Assembly (NCBI GenBank): GCA_903851135.1 | Contig: CAINNK010000045.1 | Coordinates: 28,289-92,288, forward strand | DNA length: 64,000 nucleotides | Reading direction: 5' to 3' | Origin: an uncultured bacterium | GTDB taxonomy: Bacteria; Patescibacteriota; Minisyncoccia; Moranbacterales; GWC2-37-73 | Shown here: in pieces, positions 18,929-27,028 of the stretch | Layout: every line of letters starts with the position of its first letter | Position numbering within the stretch: position 1 is the first letter of the stretch | Position numbers and translations under genes: made by a program | The notes under the pieces: model-generated | Told to the model about the DNA's origin: nothing | Database searches by the model: none | The model's input: the letters and a program-made list of their open reading frames with translations, nothing else

Positions 18929-19615
18929 TTATTTAGCGGGTCTCTTGATAATTAAATCTTGTGCTGGGTTGTCGGTTTTGAGATTATCGATAATTTTTTC
19001 AGCAACGTCATCAACTAGCATATATTCTTTGATATCATCGGGATATTTTTCTTGATAAATTTCAGTTTGCATTCCTCCCGGATAAATGGCGTATATTTTG
19101 ATGTCTTCTGAGACTTCTTTTCTGATTGATTCAGTCAGGCCCTTTATTGCAAATTTTGAGGAGCAATAGGCGCTTATCAATGGTTTTCCATCAAGACCAG
19201 CCGTTGAATCGACATTTATTATGGTCCCACTTTTCTGAGTTTTCATAATTTTTAAAGCTACTTGGCAACCATAAAAATAACCAAAAAAATTAATATCAAA
19301 CAATCTTTTTAGTTTAGCGATATTTACATCCTCGACTAAGCTAGGGGCAATTTGGATGCCAGCATTATTAATCCAAATATCAATCACACCATATTTACTG
19401 ATAACATAGGTGGCAAGATTTTCGAGGTCTTCTGACTTCGTTACATCAGCCAAAGAAAAGTCTGCTGATATTTCCTGGCTTACTTTTTTCAAATCTTCAA
19501 TGTTGTCACTTGAAACAATCACTCGGCAATTTTCTTTTTTAAAAAACTCAGCCAATGATTTTCCAAAGCCCTTACTTCCGCCAGTGATAATAACTACCTT
19601 ATTTGTTAGGTTCAT
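18929..19615 (-). CDS. Short-chain dehydrogenase/reductase (SDR)
   Basis: N-terminal TGGSKGFG Rossmann motif, NNAG motif and YxxxK motif (YCSSK). Confidence 0.75.
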   Translation of the reverse strand: MNLTNKVVIITGGSKGFGKSLAEFFKKENCRVIVSSDNIEDLKKVSQEISADFSLADVTKSEDLENLATYVISKYGVIDIWINNAGIQIAPSLVEDVNIAKLKRLFDINFFGYFYGCQVALKIMKTQKSGTIINVDSTAGLDGKPLISAYCSSKFAIKGLTESIRKEVSEDIKIYAIYPGGMQTEIYQEKYPDDIKEYMLVDDVAEKIIDNLKTDNPAQDLIIKRPAK

Positions 19616-19774
19616 AATTCTATAATTATGTTATTAATTAAGCCTTAATTAAGAATATCTAAAATAGTATTTTTCATTTGTAGATTTGTAGCCAATGTGT
19701 AGATTTATGGGTTCTTCGTAAATTCGTATCTGCTTCGCCTGCCTGCCGGTAGGCAGGTAATTCGTAGAGAATTC

Positions 19775-22294
19775 CTATTGAATCGCCATCGAAATCAACC
19801 CACTTAAAGTCACCACATAGGCGGTTTTATTTTTTTCATCAACGGCAAGAGCTGTGCCATTCTTAAGGTTTTCGCTATAAAATTGAGCGGTGATTGAGCC
19901 GCTGGCCTTGTCATATTGCACCAAGCGTGAATTTTTGGTATCCAATGCGTAGAGCGATTTCAAATCAATATTGGTAAATATTTTGTCAAATTGCACTGGT
20001 GTATTGGAGGTTTCTAATGTCAGGGCTTCCTGTTTGCCTTTGGAGAACTTGAGAACTTGGTTGTTTTTAACAATATAAACACTGTCGTCGATTGTCAGGT
20101 CGGAAGTGCTATCAAGGGTGACATTGTCCTTCAACCAGTTTATTTGATCTCCAAAACCACCGTCAGCTCTTGGATAGCGGGCAATTTGGTTGGCAGCCGG
20201 ATCAAGCACATAAAGATAAGTCAGATAAGTTCCAATCAAACTGGAAGCTGAAGCGTTGCCAAGATTGATTTTGTTTTCGGAAAATTTTGAGTTGGCTGGC
20301 GTAAAAGACGAAACTTTATTTTGGTCCGTAAGGAGTATCACGGTTGAAATTGAGGACATGTAGGTTGAAGTGACAATATTGCCAATGTTGCTTGGCAGCG
20401 GATATTCGAATTGTTGTCCATTTTTCAGGGTGATGACATTTTTGTCGGTCGTTGTGATAATGTTGCCGTCAGTCACTAGGACATTTTTAAGGTTGGTTTT
20501 GGAGAGCAAATTTGTTGTCTCGTTGTTGAAGCTGATGTTTTTTTCATTTGCTAATTTGGCAACTTGTGAAATTGGAGCAACCGGCAAATCTTTGATGGTG
20601 GCTGGTTTTGGTCGGTTGAGCCAGTTGGCGATAAAGATTGGCACAACGAAAATTATCACCAAAGATAATAAGGCATTTATTTTTTGCTGCGAAGTCATTT
20701 TTTGATAAAGCCCTTTTAATTTTGAAAGATGGGGAATAATCTTTGAATCTTTCAGGTTTAGTTTTTTGTTTTTTGTTTTTTGAAAAATAGCAGTAATCCA
20801 GTATGATAGTGGTCGTTGGATTTTTTGCAATGACTTAAAGCTCGCAATTATTTTTGCAGTTGCTTGGCCAAGAAAAAAATTCAATCTTTCAAATAAAAGT
20901 TTGAAGCGTTGTTGATTTTTAAAATCCGTTTGTTGATTAGTCTGCAGAGCTAATAACTCCTCATCTTCGGCACTGTTATTTTCCTCGTTTTCAAAATTTT
21001 CTTGTTGGGCAGCTGAAAATTCTTGAACAGATTGAGGTTTTTCTTTGAGGTTTATTATTTCAGCCAGTTTTCTTTTTGGGCTAGGGTTTGGTCTTGGTTG
21101 TTCTGTTGCTGGTTCTGGCTCACGCATGTCCTCTAGTATTTTCTCGGCTTGCGCTTGCTGCAGGAGGAGTTGTTCTTGTTCAAGCTGAAGTTCTTTTTCG
21201 GCCTGGACTTGTTGTTGGCGTAACTCGGCTTTGTTTTTGACTTGCTGGATTTTTTTTGCCAGTCGTTTTTTGAGTAAATTGGCATTTCTACCTAGGCTGT
21301 TTTTGGTAAAATTCCAACCGTCAGTCATTTTTTCAACGGTCAGTTCCCAATAATGTTGCGCCTGACTAATCTCTTCCGGTGGAGCTCCTCCTTGGACATA
21401 GATGTGGCCAGTTTTTTTGTCAGTATATTCTGTTGTTGGCGATTCTTCCTGCGTCTGATTCAAGTCGACAATCGTTGAAGAAATAACATTTTTTTCAGAA
21501 AAAGCCGTATTACTGAAAACGTTAATGCTTTCTTGTTCGAAATCATCATCAATGGTAGTTAGTTTTTTTGCGGCAGGAATTTTTTTGGCTTCTTCAAAAT
21601 CAGTCACAATGGTTGCGATCATCTCCAGTTCATTTGAAAGCGCTGTTTTCAAAAATTGCACGAATTGTTGCTTGGTTAGTCGCTCAAGATTTTTTTTGAG
21701 ATCTGACAACTTGAGAATATGAAAAATATCTTCACAGGTGATGATGAGGCGATCTTCTTTTTCAAGCCTACCACTGGAAACGTTGATAAAAGTCTTGAGT
21801 GGGTGTGGCGCGTTTTCATCTGAAGAGAGGCCTTCACCGATGTCGGTTAATATTTTTTTTCGGCTAAGGAAAATTTTTGCATTGCCGGCAACTGTAAAAT
21901 GAATAGAGTTCTTTTCAATGACGCAAATTGCTGCGTGCAGTTTTCCAATCCACTCCACGTTGCCGTGTTTGGCAACTTCTGATAAGGCTAAATTGACTTT
22001 GTGTAGGGCGCTGTCAAAACTTTCAGTAACAGATCTTCTGGGATTGGTGTAGTATTCTTTCTTTAAAACAGAAGTAAGGAAGTTCACAACGTAAGCTGAT
22101 TCTTCACTGTATTCCTTGATTTCAAAAAAACCAATCAGATTGCCCAGTGGTTTTTGATAAATGTTTTCTGGAGCATATTCAAAAAGCTCAATGTAGGGCT
22201 TGAGCGAGGAGTTGTTTATCACCAAAATAGGGGAAATGTTTTTTTGCAGTTCCTTGATGGAGTCTAATTTTTTTTCAGTATTCTTAGCGGGCAT
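19775..22294 (-). CDS. Large hypothetical single-pass membrane protein: N-terminal cytoplasmic domain, Gln/Glu-rich coiled coil, TM, C-terminal beta-rich extracellular domain
   Basis: 839-aa ORF with TM segment LLSLVIIFVVPIFIANWL near residue 540. The C-terminus has repeated strand-like segments. The N-terminal ~190 aa could be a degenerate PP2C/SpoIIE-like fold (weak). Confidence 0.45.
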   Translation of the reverse strand: MPAKNTEKKLDSIKELQKNISPILVINNSSLKPYIELFEYAPENIYQKPLGNLIGFFEIKEYSEESAYVVNFLTSVLKKEYYTNPRRSVTESFDSALHKVNLALSEVAKHGNVEWIGKLHAAICVIEKNSIHFTVAGNAKIFLSRKKILTDIGEGLSSDENAPHPLKTFINVSSGRLEKEDRLIITCEDIFHILKLSDLKKNLERLTKQQFVQFLKTALSNELEMIATIVTDFEEAKKIPAAKKLTTIDDDFEQESINVFSNTAFSEKNVISSTIVDLNQTQEESPTTEYTDKKTGHIYVQGGAPPEEISQAQHYWELTVEKMTDGWNFTKNSLGRNANLLKKRLAKKIQQVKNKAELRQQQVQAEKELQLEQEQLLLQQAQAEKILEDMREPEPATEQPRPNPSPKRKLAEIINLKEKPQSVQEFSAAQQENFENEENNSAEDEELLALQTNQQTDFKNQQRFKLLFERLNFFLGQATAKIIASFKSLQKIQRPLSYWITAIFQKTKNKKLNLKDSKIIPHLSKLKGLYQKMTSQQKINALLSLVIIFVVPIFIANWLNRPKPATIKDLPVAPISQVAKLANEKNISFNNETTNLLSKTNLKNVLVTDGNIITTTDKNVITLKNGQQFEYPLPSNIGNIVTSTYMSSISTVILLTDQNKVSSFTPANSKFSENKINLGNASASSLIGTYLTYLYVLDPAANQIARYPRADGGFGDQINWLKDNVTLDSTSDLTIDDSVYIVKNNQVLKFSKGKQEALTLETSNTPVQFDKIFTNIDLKSLYALDTKNSRLVQYDKASGSITAQFYSENLKNGTALAVDEKNKTAYVVTLSGLISMAIQ

Positions 22295-22405
22295 TTGTTT
22301 ATGATTATAACACAGTTGGTCGAAATAATCACTATCAGTATTCTTTTATAATAGCCCAAATTGACTTTGGTTGCAATTGGTTTTTTTGTATTTTTGCATA
22401 TAGGA

Positions 22406-22451
22406 GCACTTAGGGACTAAGTCCCCAATTGGGGACTTAGTCCCTAAGTGC
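22406..22451. repeat. Perfect 46-bp palindrome GCACTTAGGGACTAAGTCCCCAATTGGGGACTTAGTCCCTAAGTGC (REP-like), copy 1
   Basis: Exact reverse-complement symmetry, with nested GGGACT-A-AGTCCC sub-hairpins. Copies at 23884-23929 and 24406-24457, half copy at 24182-24200. Confidence 0.85.
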
Positions 22452-22506
22452 GAATTCAATATATAAACAAAATTATCTATAAAAACTCCATTTGACACAC
22501 TAAGCT

Positions 22507-22516
22507 GGGGGGGGGG
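22507..22516. repeat. Homopolymeric G10 tract
   Basis: CTGGGGGGGGGGTAAAA, ~100 nt upstream of the 22614 ORF. Confidence 0.8.
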
Positions 22517-22613
22517 TAAAATAAAAGCAAATAGGGGAACTTAATTAAAAAAATAATAAACCTAAACTTTTGGAAATTATTTTTTTTAAAAAATATTTTT
22601 CGAAAACAAAATT

Positions 22614-23621
22614 ATGGGAATCGAAGATGGAGGTTTTAACCTTCCGCAAAAAAAAGAGAAGAATTCTAAAGATGAGCGCAAAAAAGGAACAGGCGAATTT
22701 ACACCTGATGAAGGTAGCGAGCAAATTCCCTCTTTAATGGGAAAATGGAAAGTAAATGAGGGCGAGATAGAAGAACTTTTTTTGGAAAACAAAAAAAACG
22801 CTGAGTTGAAACGCGAGGAATGGGAACAAAAAGTTGAGTCAGTGGATTCTTTTGAAGAAAATCAAGTTGTTATTGAAGCTAAAGCCACTTTTGAAAAAGG
22901 AGAATGGGATATTCCAGGGCTTGAAAGTCCAAAATCAATTCAAAATGATCCAATGTTCAAAGACAGTGCGGTGGAGTTATTAAAAAATGGTTCTTTCAAT
23001 ATTTATGACGGTGTCGATTATAAAGATGCTGATTATATAAGTAATTATACATTTTGTTCTTCACCTTATCCAGCTGAATCATTTTTTTCTGCAGATGGAA
23101 AAAAAGTCGAGGTTGGTGGTGAAAAAGGATTTCTTTGGGCTCAGCATATTGGAAAAATTGGAAGACGTAATAATTCAAAACAATTAGAAGAATATTACAG
23201 ATATGAGGCGACGGAAAAAATAAGTGTGGGAGACTGGGAAAAGCTTAAAGAAAAATTTGGTTCAGTTGTTTTAGATCATGGATATAGAAATAAAGATGGT
23301 GAAATTGAAAAAGCAGAATATATAAAACTTTATGCACACAATGGTTATCCACTTTTGATAGTTCGAAAAAGTGAAGGAGATATTGAGGTAGTTGGTGGCA
23401 ATGAAGTTCAAGATCTTCAATTAAATGTGTCAAATGAATTTTCTTATGGCAGTGAATATAATGAACTTGCAGATAAAGAGGAGGATTCAGTTGTTGCGTA
23501 TAAGATAAGAGCGCATAAGATAAGCAAGAAAGAGAATGAGATTAGATCAAAGGAAATAGGTTCTCTCAAGAATGATTTTGAGAAGACAGTGTATTTAATT
23601 TCTGCTGTGTGGCAACATTAA
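22614..23621 (+). CDS. Hypothetical acidic protein (335 aa) carried between the palindromes
   Basis: No TnpB-like RuvC or zinc-finger motifs. Function unknown. Confidence 0.4.
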   Translation: MGIEDGGFNLPQKKEKNSKDERKKGTGEFTPDEGSEQIPSLMGKWKVNEGEIEELFLENKKNAELKREEWEQKVESVDSFEENQVVIEAKATFEKGEWDIPGLESPKSIQNDPMFKDSAVELLKNGSFNIYDGVDYKDADYISNYTFCSSPYPAESFFSADGKKVEVGGEKGFLWAQHIGKIGRRNNSKQLEEYYRYEATEKISVGDWEKLKEKFGSVVLDHGYRNKDGEIEKAEYIKLYAHNGYPLLIVRKSEGDIEVVGGNEVQDLQLNVSNEFSYGSEYNELADKEEDSVVAYKIRAHKISKKENEIRSKEIGSLKNDFEKTVYLISAVWQH

Positions 23622-23644
23622 TTTCTCTTTCTAGTAAGAAATAG

Positions 23645-24394
23645 TTGAGAAATTTCAATAAAATCCCCCAAGTTGAACCCTTGGGGGATTTTTGTTATGC
23701 TGGGGATATGCGGAAAACAACTTTTGCTAATGGTGAATTTTATCACATCTACAACCGTGGCGTCGACAAGCGCGAGGTATTTTTGGCTGAGGCAGACTAC
23801 GAAAGGTTCTTGATTTGTTTGCGAGAATTCAACCGCATCGAAGCGATTGGGAGTTTGTATGAAAAAAGTTTCAAAAAAGTAGAGCACTTAGGGACTAAGT
23901 CCCCACTTGGGGACTTAGTCCCTAAGTGCGAGCCCCTTGTTGAAATTGTTGCTTATTGTTTGAATCCAAATCATTTTCATTTAATTCTAAAACAAATTTC
24001 AGAAAAAGGAATTAGTAAATTCATGCTGAAGGTAAGTACTGGTCATACTACTTATTTCAACAAGAAGTATAAACGTAGTGGTTCATTGTTTCAAGGGCCA
24101 TTTAAGGCAATTCAAATCGATTCGAATGACTATCTGCTTTATCTTTCTGCCTATGTGAATAGAAACTATTTTATTCATAACTTGGGGACTAAGTCCCCAA
24201 GTGAAATCTCGCAAGGTGAATGGAAATATTGCAGTGCTTTGGATTATTTGGGAAAAAGAAATGGAAACCTTTGTAACAAAAGCGCAATCCTTGATCAATT
24301 TAGGAGTGTCAATGATTATGAAATATTTTTGAATGATAACGCTGTGTACTTAAAAGAGAAAAAAGAATTGGAGAAATATCTATTGGAGGAATAA
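23645..24394 (+). CDS. IS200/IS605-family Y1 (HUH) transposase, REP-associated tyrosine transposase (RAYT)-like, with in-frame palindrome insertions
   Basis: EFYHIYNRG...VFL N-terminal motif, HuH motif in AYCLNPNHFHLIL, GSLFQGPF, and catalytic-Tyr region LSAYVNRNYFIHN. At 249 aa it is longer than typical (~140-160 aa) because palindrome copies encode EHLGTKSPLGDLVPKCE and LGTKSPSEISQ. Confidence 0.6.
   Translation: MRNFNKIPQVEPLGDFCYAGDMRKTTFANGEFYHIYNRGVDKREVFLAEADYERFLICLREFNRIEAIGSLYEKSFKKVEHLGTKSPLGDLVPKCEPLVEIVAYCLNPNHFHLILKQISEKGISKFMLKVSTGHTTYFNKKYKRSGSLFQGPFKAIQIDSNDYLLYLSAYVNRNYFIHNLGTKSPSEISQGEWKYCSALDYLGKRNGNLCNKSAILDQFRSVNDYEIFLNDNAVYLKEKKELEKYLLEE
23884..23929. repeat. 46-bp palindrome copy 2 (one central mismatch, CACTTG instead of CAATTG), inside the transposase ORF
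   Basis: Same sequence as 22406-22451 apart from one base. Translated in frame. Confidence 0.85.
24182..24200. repeat. Half-palindrome TTGGGGACT-A-AGTCCCCAA inside the transposase ORF, directly after the YFIHN catalytic motif
   Basis: 9-bp perfect stem, identical to the inner arm of the 46-bp palindrome. Confidence 0.75.
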
Positions 24395-24405
24395 AACAGA
24401 AGAGA

Positions 24406-24457
24406 AAATTTCTTAGGGACTAAGTCCCCAATTGGGGACTTAGTCCCTAAGAAATTT
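24406..24457. repeat. Palindrome copy 3 (52 bp: AAATTTCTTAGGGACTAAGTCCCCAATTGGGGACTTAGTCCCTAAGAAATTT)
   Basis: Same 40-bp core with different outer arms. Lies 12 nt after the transposase stop. Confidence 0.85.
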
Positions 24458-24633
24458 GTTGCATTAACTTTAAATATGCCAAAAGGGCGGGTTGCTATTT
24501 GGCATGGGAGCTGTATAATAGAGGTAAAGTTGCTTGTCCAGGTTAGCGTTTTTTGCGTATATCCTAAGAGCTTAATTTAATTTAAATTTTTTTAAAGAAT
24601 TTTTTTGAGCAAGGCTCACTGAAATTCACATTA

Positions 24634-25245
24634 TTGGTTATGTCTGAAGTCCTTGAAATGCTTTTTGGTTCGAAAGCAAGAGTTAGGGTGTTGAGATTTT
24701 TTCTGCTTAATAGTGAAAATGAATATAGTGTTGAAGAGATTACCAAAAAAAACATGTTGACTTCGGCTGCTGTTCGTAAGGAAGTAAATTCTCTCAAAAA
24801 AATAGGTTTTGTTAAGGAAAAAACCAAAAAAGGTGTGAAAACATATTTGCTTGATTCTTCGTTTCATTTTTACTCAGAGCTGAAAAGTTTATTTTCAAAA
24901 TCAACCGCTTCTCCGGAAAGTAAAAGTCTTGCGCGGCTAAAAGGAATTGGGGACGTAAAGCTGGCGTTAGTGAGTGGGATTTTTTTGAACTATCCGAAAA
25001 GTAAGGTAGATATGGTGCTAGTGGTGAATAATGTGAGTCGTTCAAAGCTAAAAAATGTTATGAGTAGTCTTGAGGCTGAGATAGGCAAGGAGGTCAGTTT
25101 TGCACTCATGAACAGTGAAGAATTCAAATATCGCTTGGACATGTTGGATCGTTTTTTGTTGGATTTCCTGGAAGGTCCTCATACTGAACTGATAGATAAG
25201 ATTCCTGGACTCAAGAGATTTATTTTGGGATTGAAAAAATACTAA
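24634..25245 (+). CDS. Hypothetical protein with N-terminal winged-helix-like segment
   Basis: ARVRVLRFFLLNSENEYSVEEITKK...AAVRKEVNSLKKIGFV resembles ArsR/MarR-type wHTH. The rest is uncharacterised. Confidence 0.35.
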   Translation: MVMSEVLEMLFGSKARVRVLRFFLLNSENEYSVEEITKKNMLTSAAVRKEVNSLKKIGFVKEKTKKGVKTYLLDSSFHFYSELKSLFSKSTASPESKSLARLKGIGDVKLALVSGIFLNYPKSKVDMVLVVNNVSRSKLKNVMSSLEAEIGKEVSFALMNSEEFKYRLDMLDRFLLDFLEGPHTELIDKIPGLKRFILGLKKY

Positions 25246-25253
25246 AATTCAGG

Positions 25254-25398
25254 GGTTAACTTTTCTTTTTAGTAAAGAAAAGTTACAAAAGAAAATCGCG
25301 CCTATCTCGCGCTGTCAAAATTACTACGCTGCTTCGCTAAAAATTCCCGCTGCACTTTTTCTGCTGAAAAAGCTCGCTTGAAATTTTTTACGCTCATC
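25254..25398. repeat. Intergenic repeat family, copy 2
   Basis: Shares the GGTTAACTTTTCTTTT(T)AG...AAAGTTACAAAAG hairpin and the CGCTAAAAATTCCCGCTGCACTTTTTCTGCTGAAAAAGCTCGCTTGAAA...CGCTCATC block with 1341-1516. Confidence 0.6.
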
Positions 25399-25485
25399 CG
25401 CTTTTAATTTTGAAACGCGCTTCGTATGGCGCAGGGGAATGCGGAAATGCAAATTCTAAAATTTAAATTCTAAAATCAGTTTTTT

Positions 25486-26607
25486 ATGTCCTATCTTATT
25501 TTTATCATAGTTATCATCTTCCTAGCTGCTTTGCTGTGGTTGGTTTTTGATTTGAAGAAAAGAATTATTTCGGGTGCTAACGACAGGGAAGCGCGGGATC
25601 GAATGGTTTCTATGCAGCAATCATTGCAGCACATCGTGGAGGAAAATCGCGAGTTGCGAAAAGAAATTGATTCAAAACTTTCACAGACTCATCGCGCTGG
25701 TCAAGAGCAGATGACTCAAACAATTCGCACTGTGCAGGGGATCACGGAGCAATCGGCTAAGCTTATCAGTAATGTGACCGAAAAACTCACTAAACTTGAT
25801 GAGACCAATCGTCAGGTGGTGAATTTTTCAGCTCAATTGCAAAATTTGCAAGATATCTTGAAAAATCCGAAGCAGCGCGGAGTTTTGGGTGAATATTTTT
25901 TGGAAGAAACTCTCAAGAATGTGCTGGGGCCAAAATCGTATCAAATGCAATATAAGATGGGCAAGAGTGACAAAACTCAACAAGATTTGATTGTGGATGC
26001 GGTGGTTTTTGTGAAAGACAAAATTGTGCCAATTGATTCAAAGTTTTCTTTGGAAAATTATGAGCGAATTTTAAATTGCACTGATGGTGCCGAGCGAGAA
26101 AAATTCGAAAAACTTTTCAAGCAAGATTTGAAAAATCGAATAGATGAGACTTCAAAGTATATTCGTCCTGAGATGGGCACGATGGATTTTGCTTTTATGT
26201 TTATTCCCTCGGAAGCGATTTATTATGATTTACTGGTGAATAAAGTTGGGGCCGCTCAAATCAACACGCGCGACTTGATTGAATATGCTTTTCAAGAAAA
26301 GAAAGTTATTATTGTTTCGCCCACTTCTTTTTTGGCTTACTTGCAAACAGTGTTGCAAGGTCTGCGAGCTTTTCAAATTGAGGAAAATGCCAAGGAAATT
26401 TTGGCTAACGTGGAAAAACTTGGCAAACACATTGCGGCCTATGATGAATATTTCAAAAAATTAGGTAATAGCTTAGGCACCACGGTGAATCATTTCAACA
26501 CTGCCTATAAGGAACTTGGAAAAATTGACAAGGATGTTGCAAAAATAACCGACAAGGAAAAAGCTATTGAAGTTTTGGTAATTGAAAAACCGCATGAGTT
26601 AGTCTAA
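25486..26607 (+). CDS. rmuC: DNA recombination protein RmuC
   Basis: N-terminal TM, long coiled coil, then the conserved RmuC core DAVVFVKDKIVPIDSKF...FMFIPSEA. Confidence 0.65.
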   Translation: MSYLIFIIVIIFLAALLWLVFDLKKRIISGANDREARDRMVSMQQSLQHIVEENRELRKEIDSKLSQTHRAGQEQMTQTIRTVQGITEQSAKLISNVTEKLTKLDETNRQVVNFSAQLQNLQDILKNPKQRGVLGEYFLEETLKNVLGPKSYQMQYKMGKSDKTQQDLIVDAVVFVKDKIVPIDSKFSLENYERILNCTDGAEREKFEKLFKQDLKNRIDETSKYIRPEMGTMDFAFMFIPSEAIYYDLLVNKVGAAQINTRDLIEYAFQEKKVIIVSPTSFLAYLQTVLQGLRAFQIEENAKEILANVEKLGKHIAAYDEYFKKLGNSLGTTVNHFNTAYKELGKIDKDVAKITDKEKAIEVLVIEKPHELV

Positions 26608-26616
26608 ATATTTTAA

Positions 26617-27027
26617 GTGGGTGCAATAAATAATCAAATGCAGTTACTAAGGGGGGTAAAACTAAAGTTAAAAAAGTTTTTTTTGCAAGAATATTTTCAC
26701 AGTGGGCTTATTCAATGGGTGCTTATTGGTTCCCTTATTCTGAATGTTGCCAATTGGATTTTTATTGCTTTTTTCATCAGACCGGTTGATTTTCCAATCA
26801 TTCTGCATTATAATGTGTATTTCGGGGTGGATGTGATTGGCAGTTGGTGGCAAATGTACTTCATGCCACTCATCGGGCTGTTGATTTTGCTTGTAAATGC
26901 CTTTTTGGGCTATTTATTTTATCAGAAAAAAGAAAGGATTGCTGCGCACCTGTTGATGCTTGCGACTTTTGTCGTTCAAATAGGTCTTTCAGTTGCAGTG
27001 GCAAGTTTGCTTTTAATAAACTACTAG
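26617..27027 (+). CDS. Small polytopic membrane protein (4 TM), hypothetical
   Basis: Hydrophobic helices. Immediately upstream of, and 2 nt from, the GT2 gene. Confidence 0.4.
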   Translation: MGAINNQMQLLRGVKLKLKKFFLQEYFHSGLIQWVLIGSLILNVANWIFIAFFIRPVDFPIILHYNVYFGVDVIGSWWQMYFMPLIGLLILLVNAFLGYLFYQKKERIAAHLLMLATFVVQIGLSVAVASLLLINY

Positions 27028-27028
27028 T

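Larger units (their letters stand above)
22406..24457 (+). mobile_element. Putative IS200/RAYT-type unit bounded by the palindromes (passenger ORF plus tnpA)
   Basis: Palindrome-passenger-tnpA-palindrome arrangement. The boundaries are inferred from the palindrome positions, not demonstrated. Confidence 0.3.

Noticed and set aside
22614-23621. Passenger ORF next to the IS200-like tnpA as a possible TnpB/OrfB
   Set aside because: No RuvC-like D..E..D motifs and no C-terminal zinc finger. Composition is acidic and Lys-rich rather than TnpB-like.
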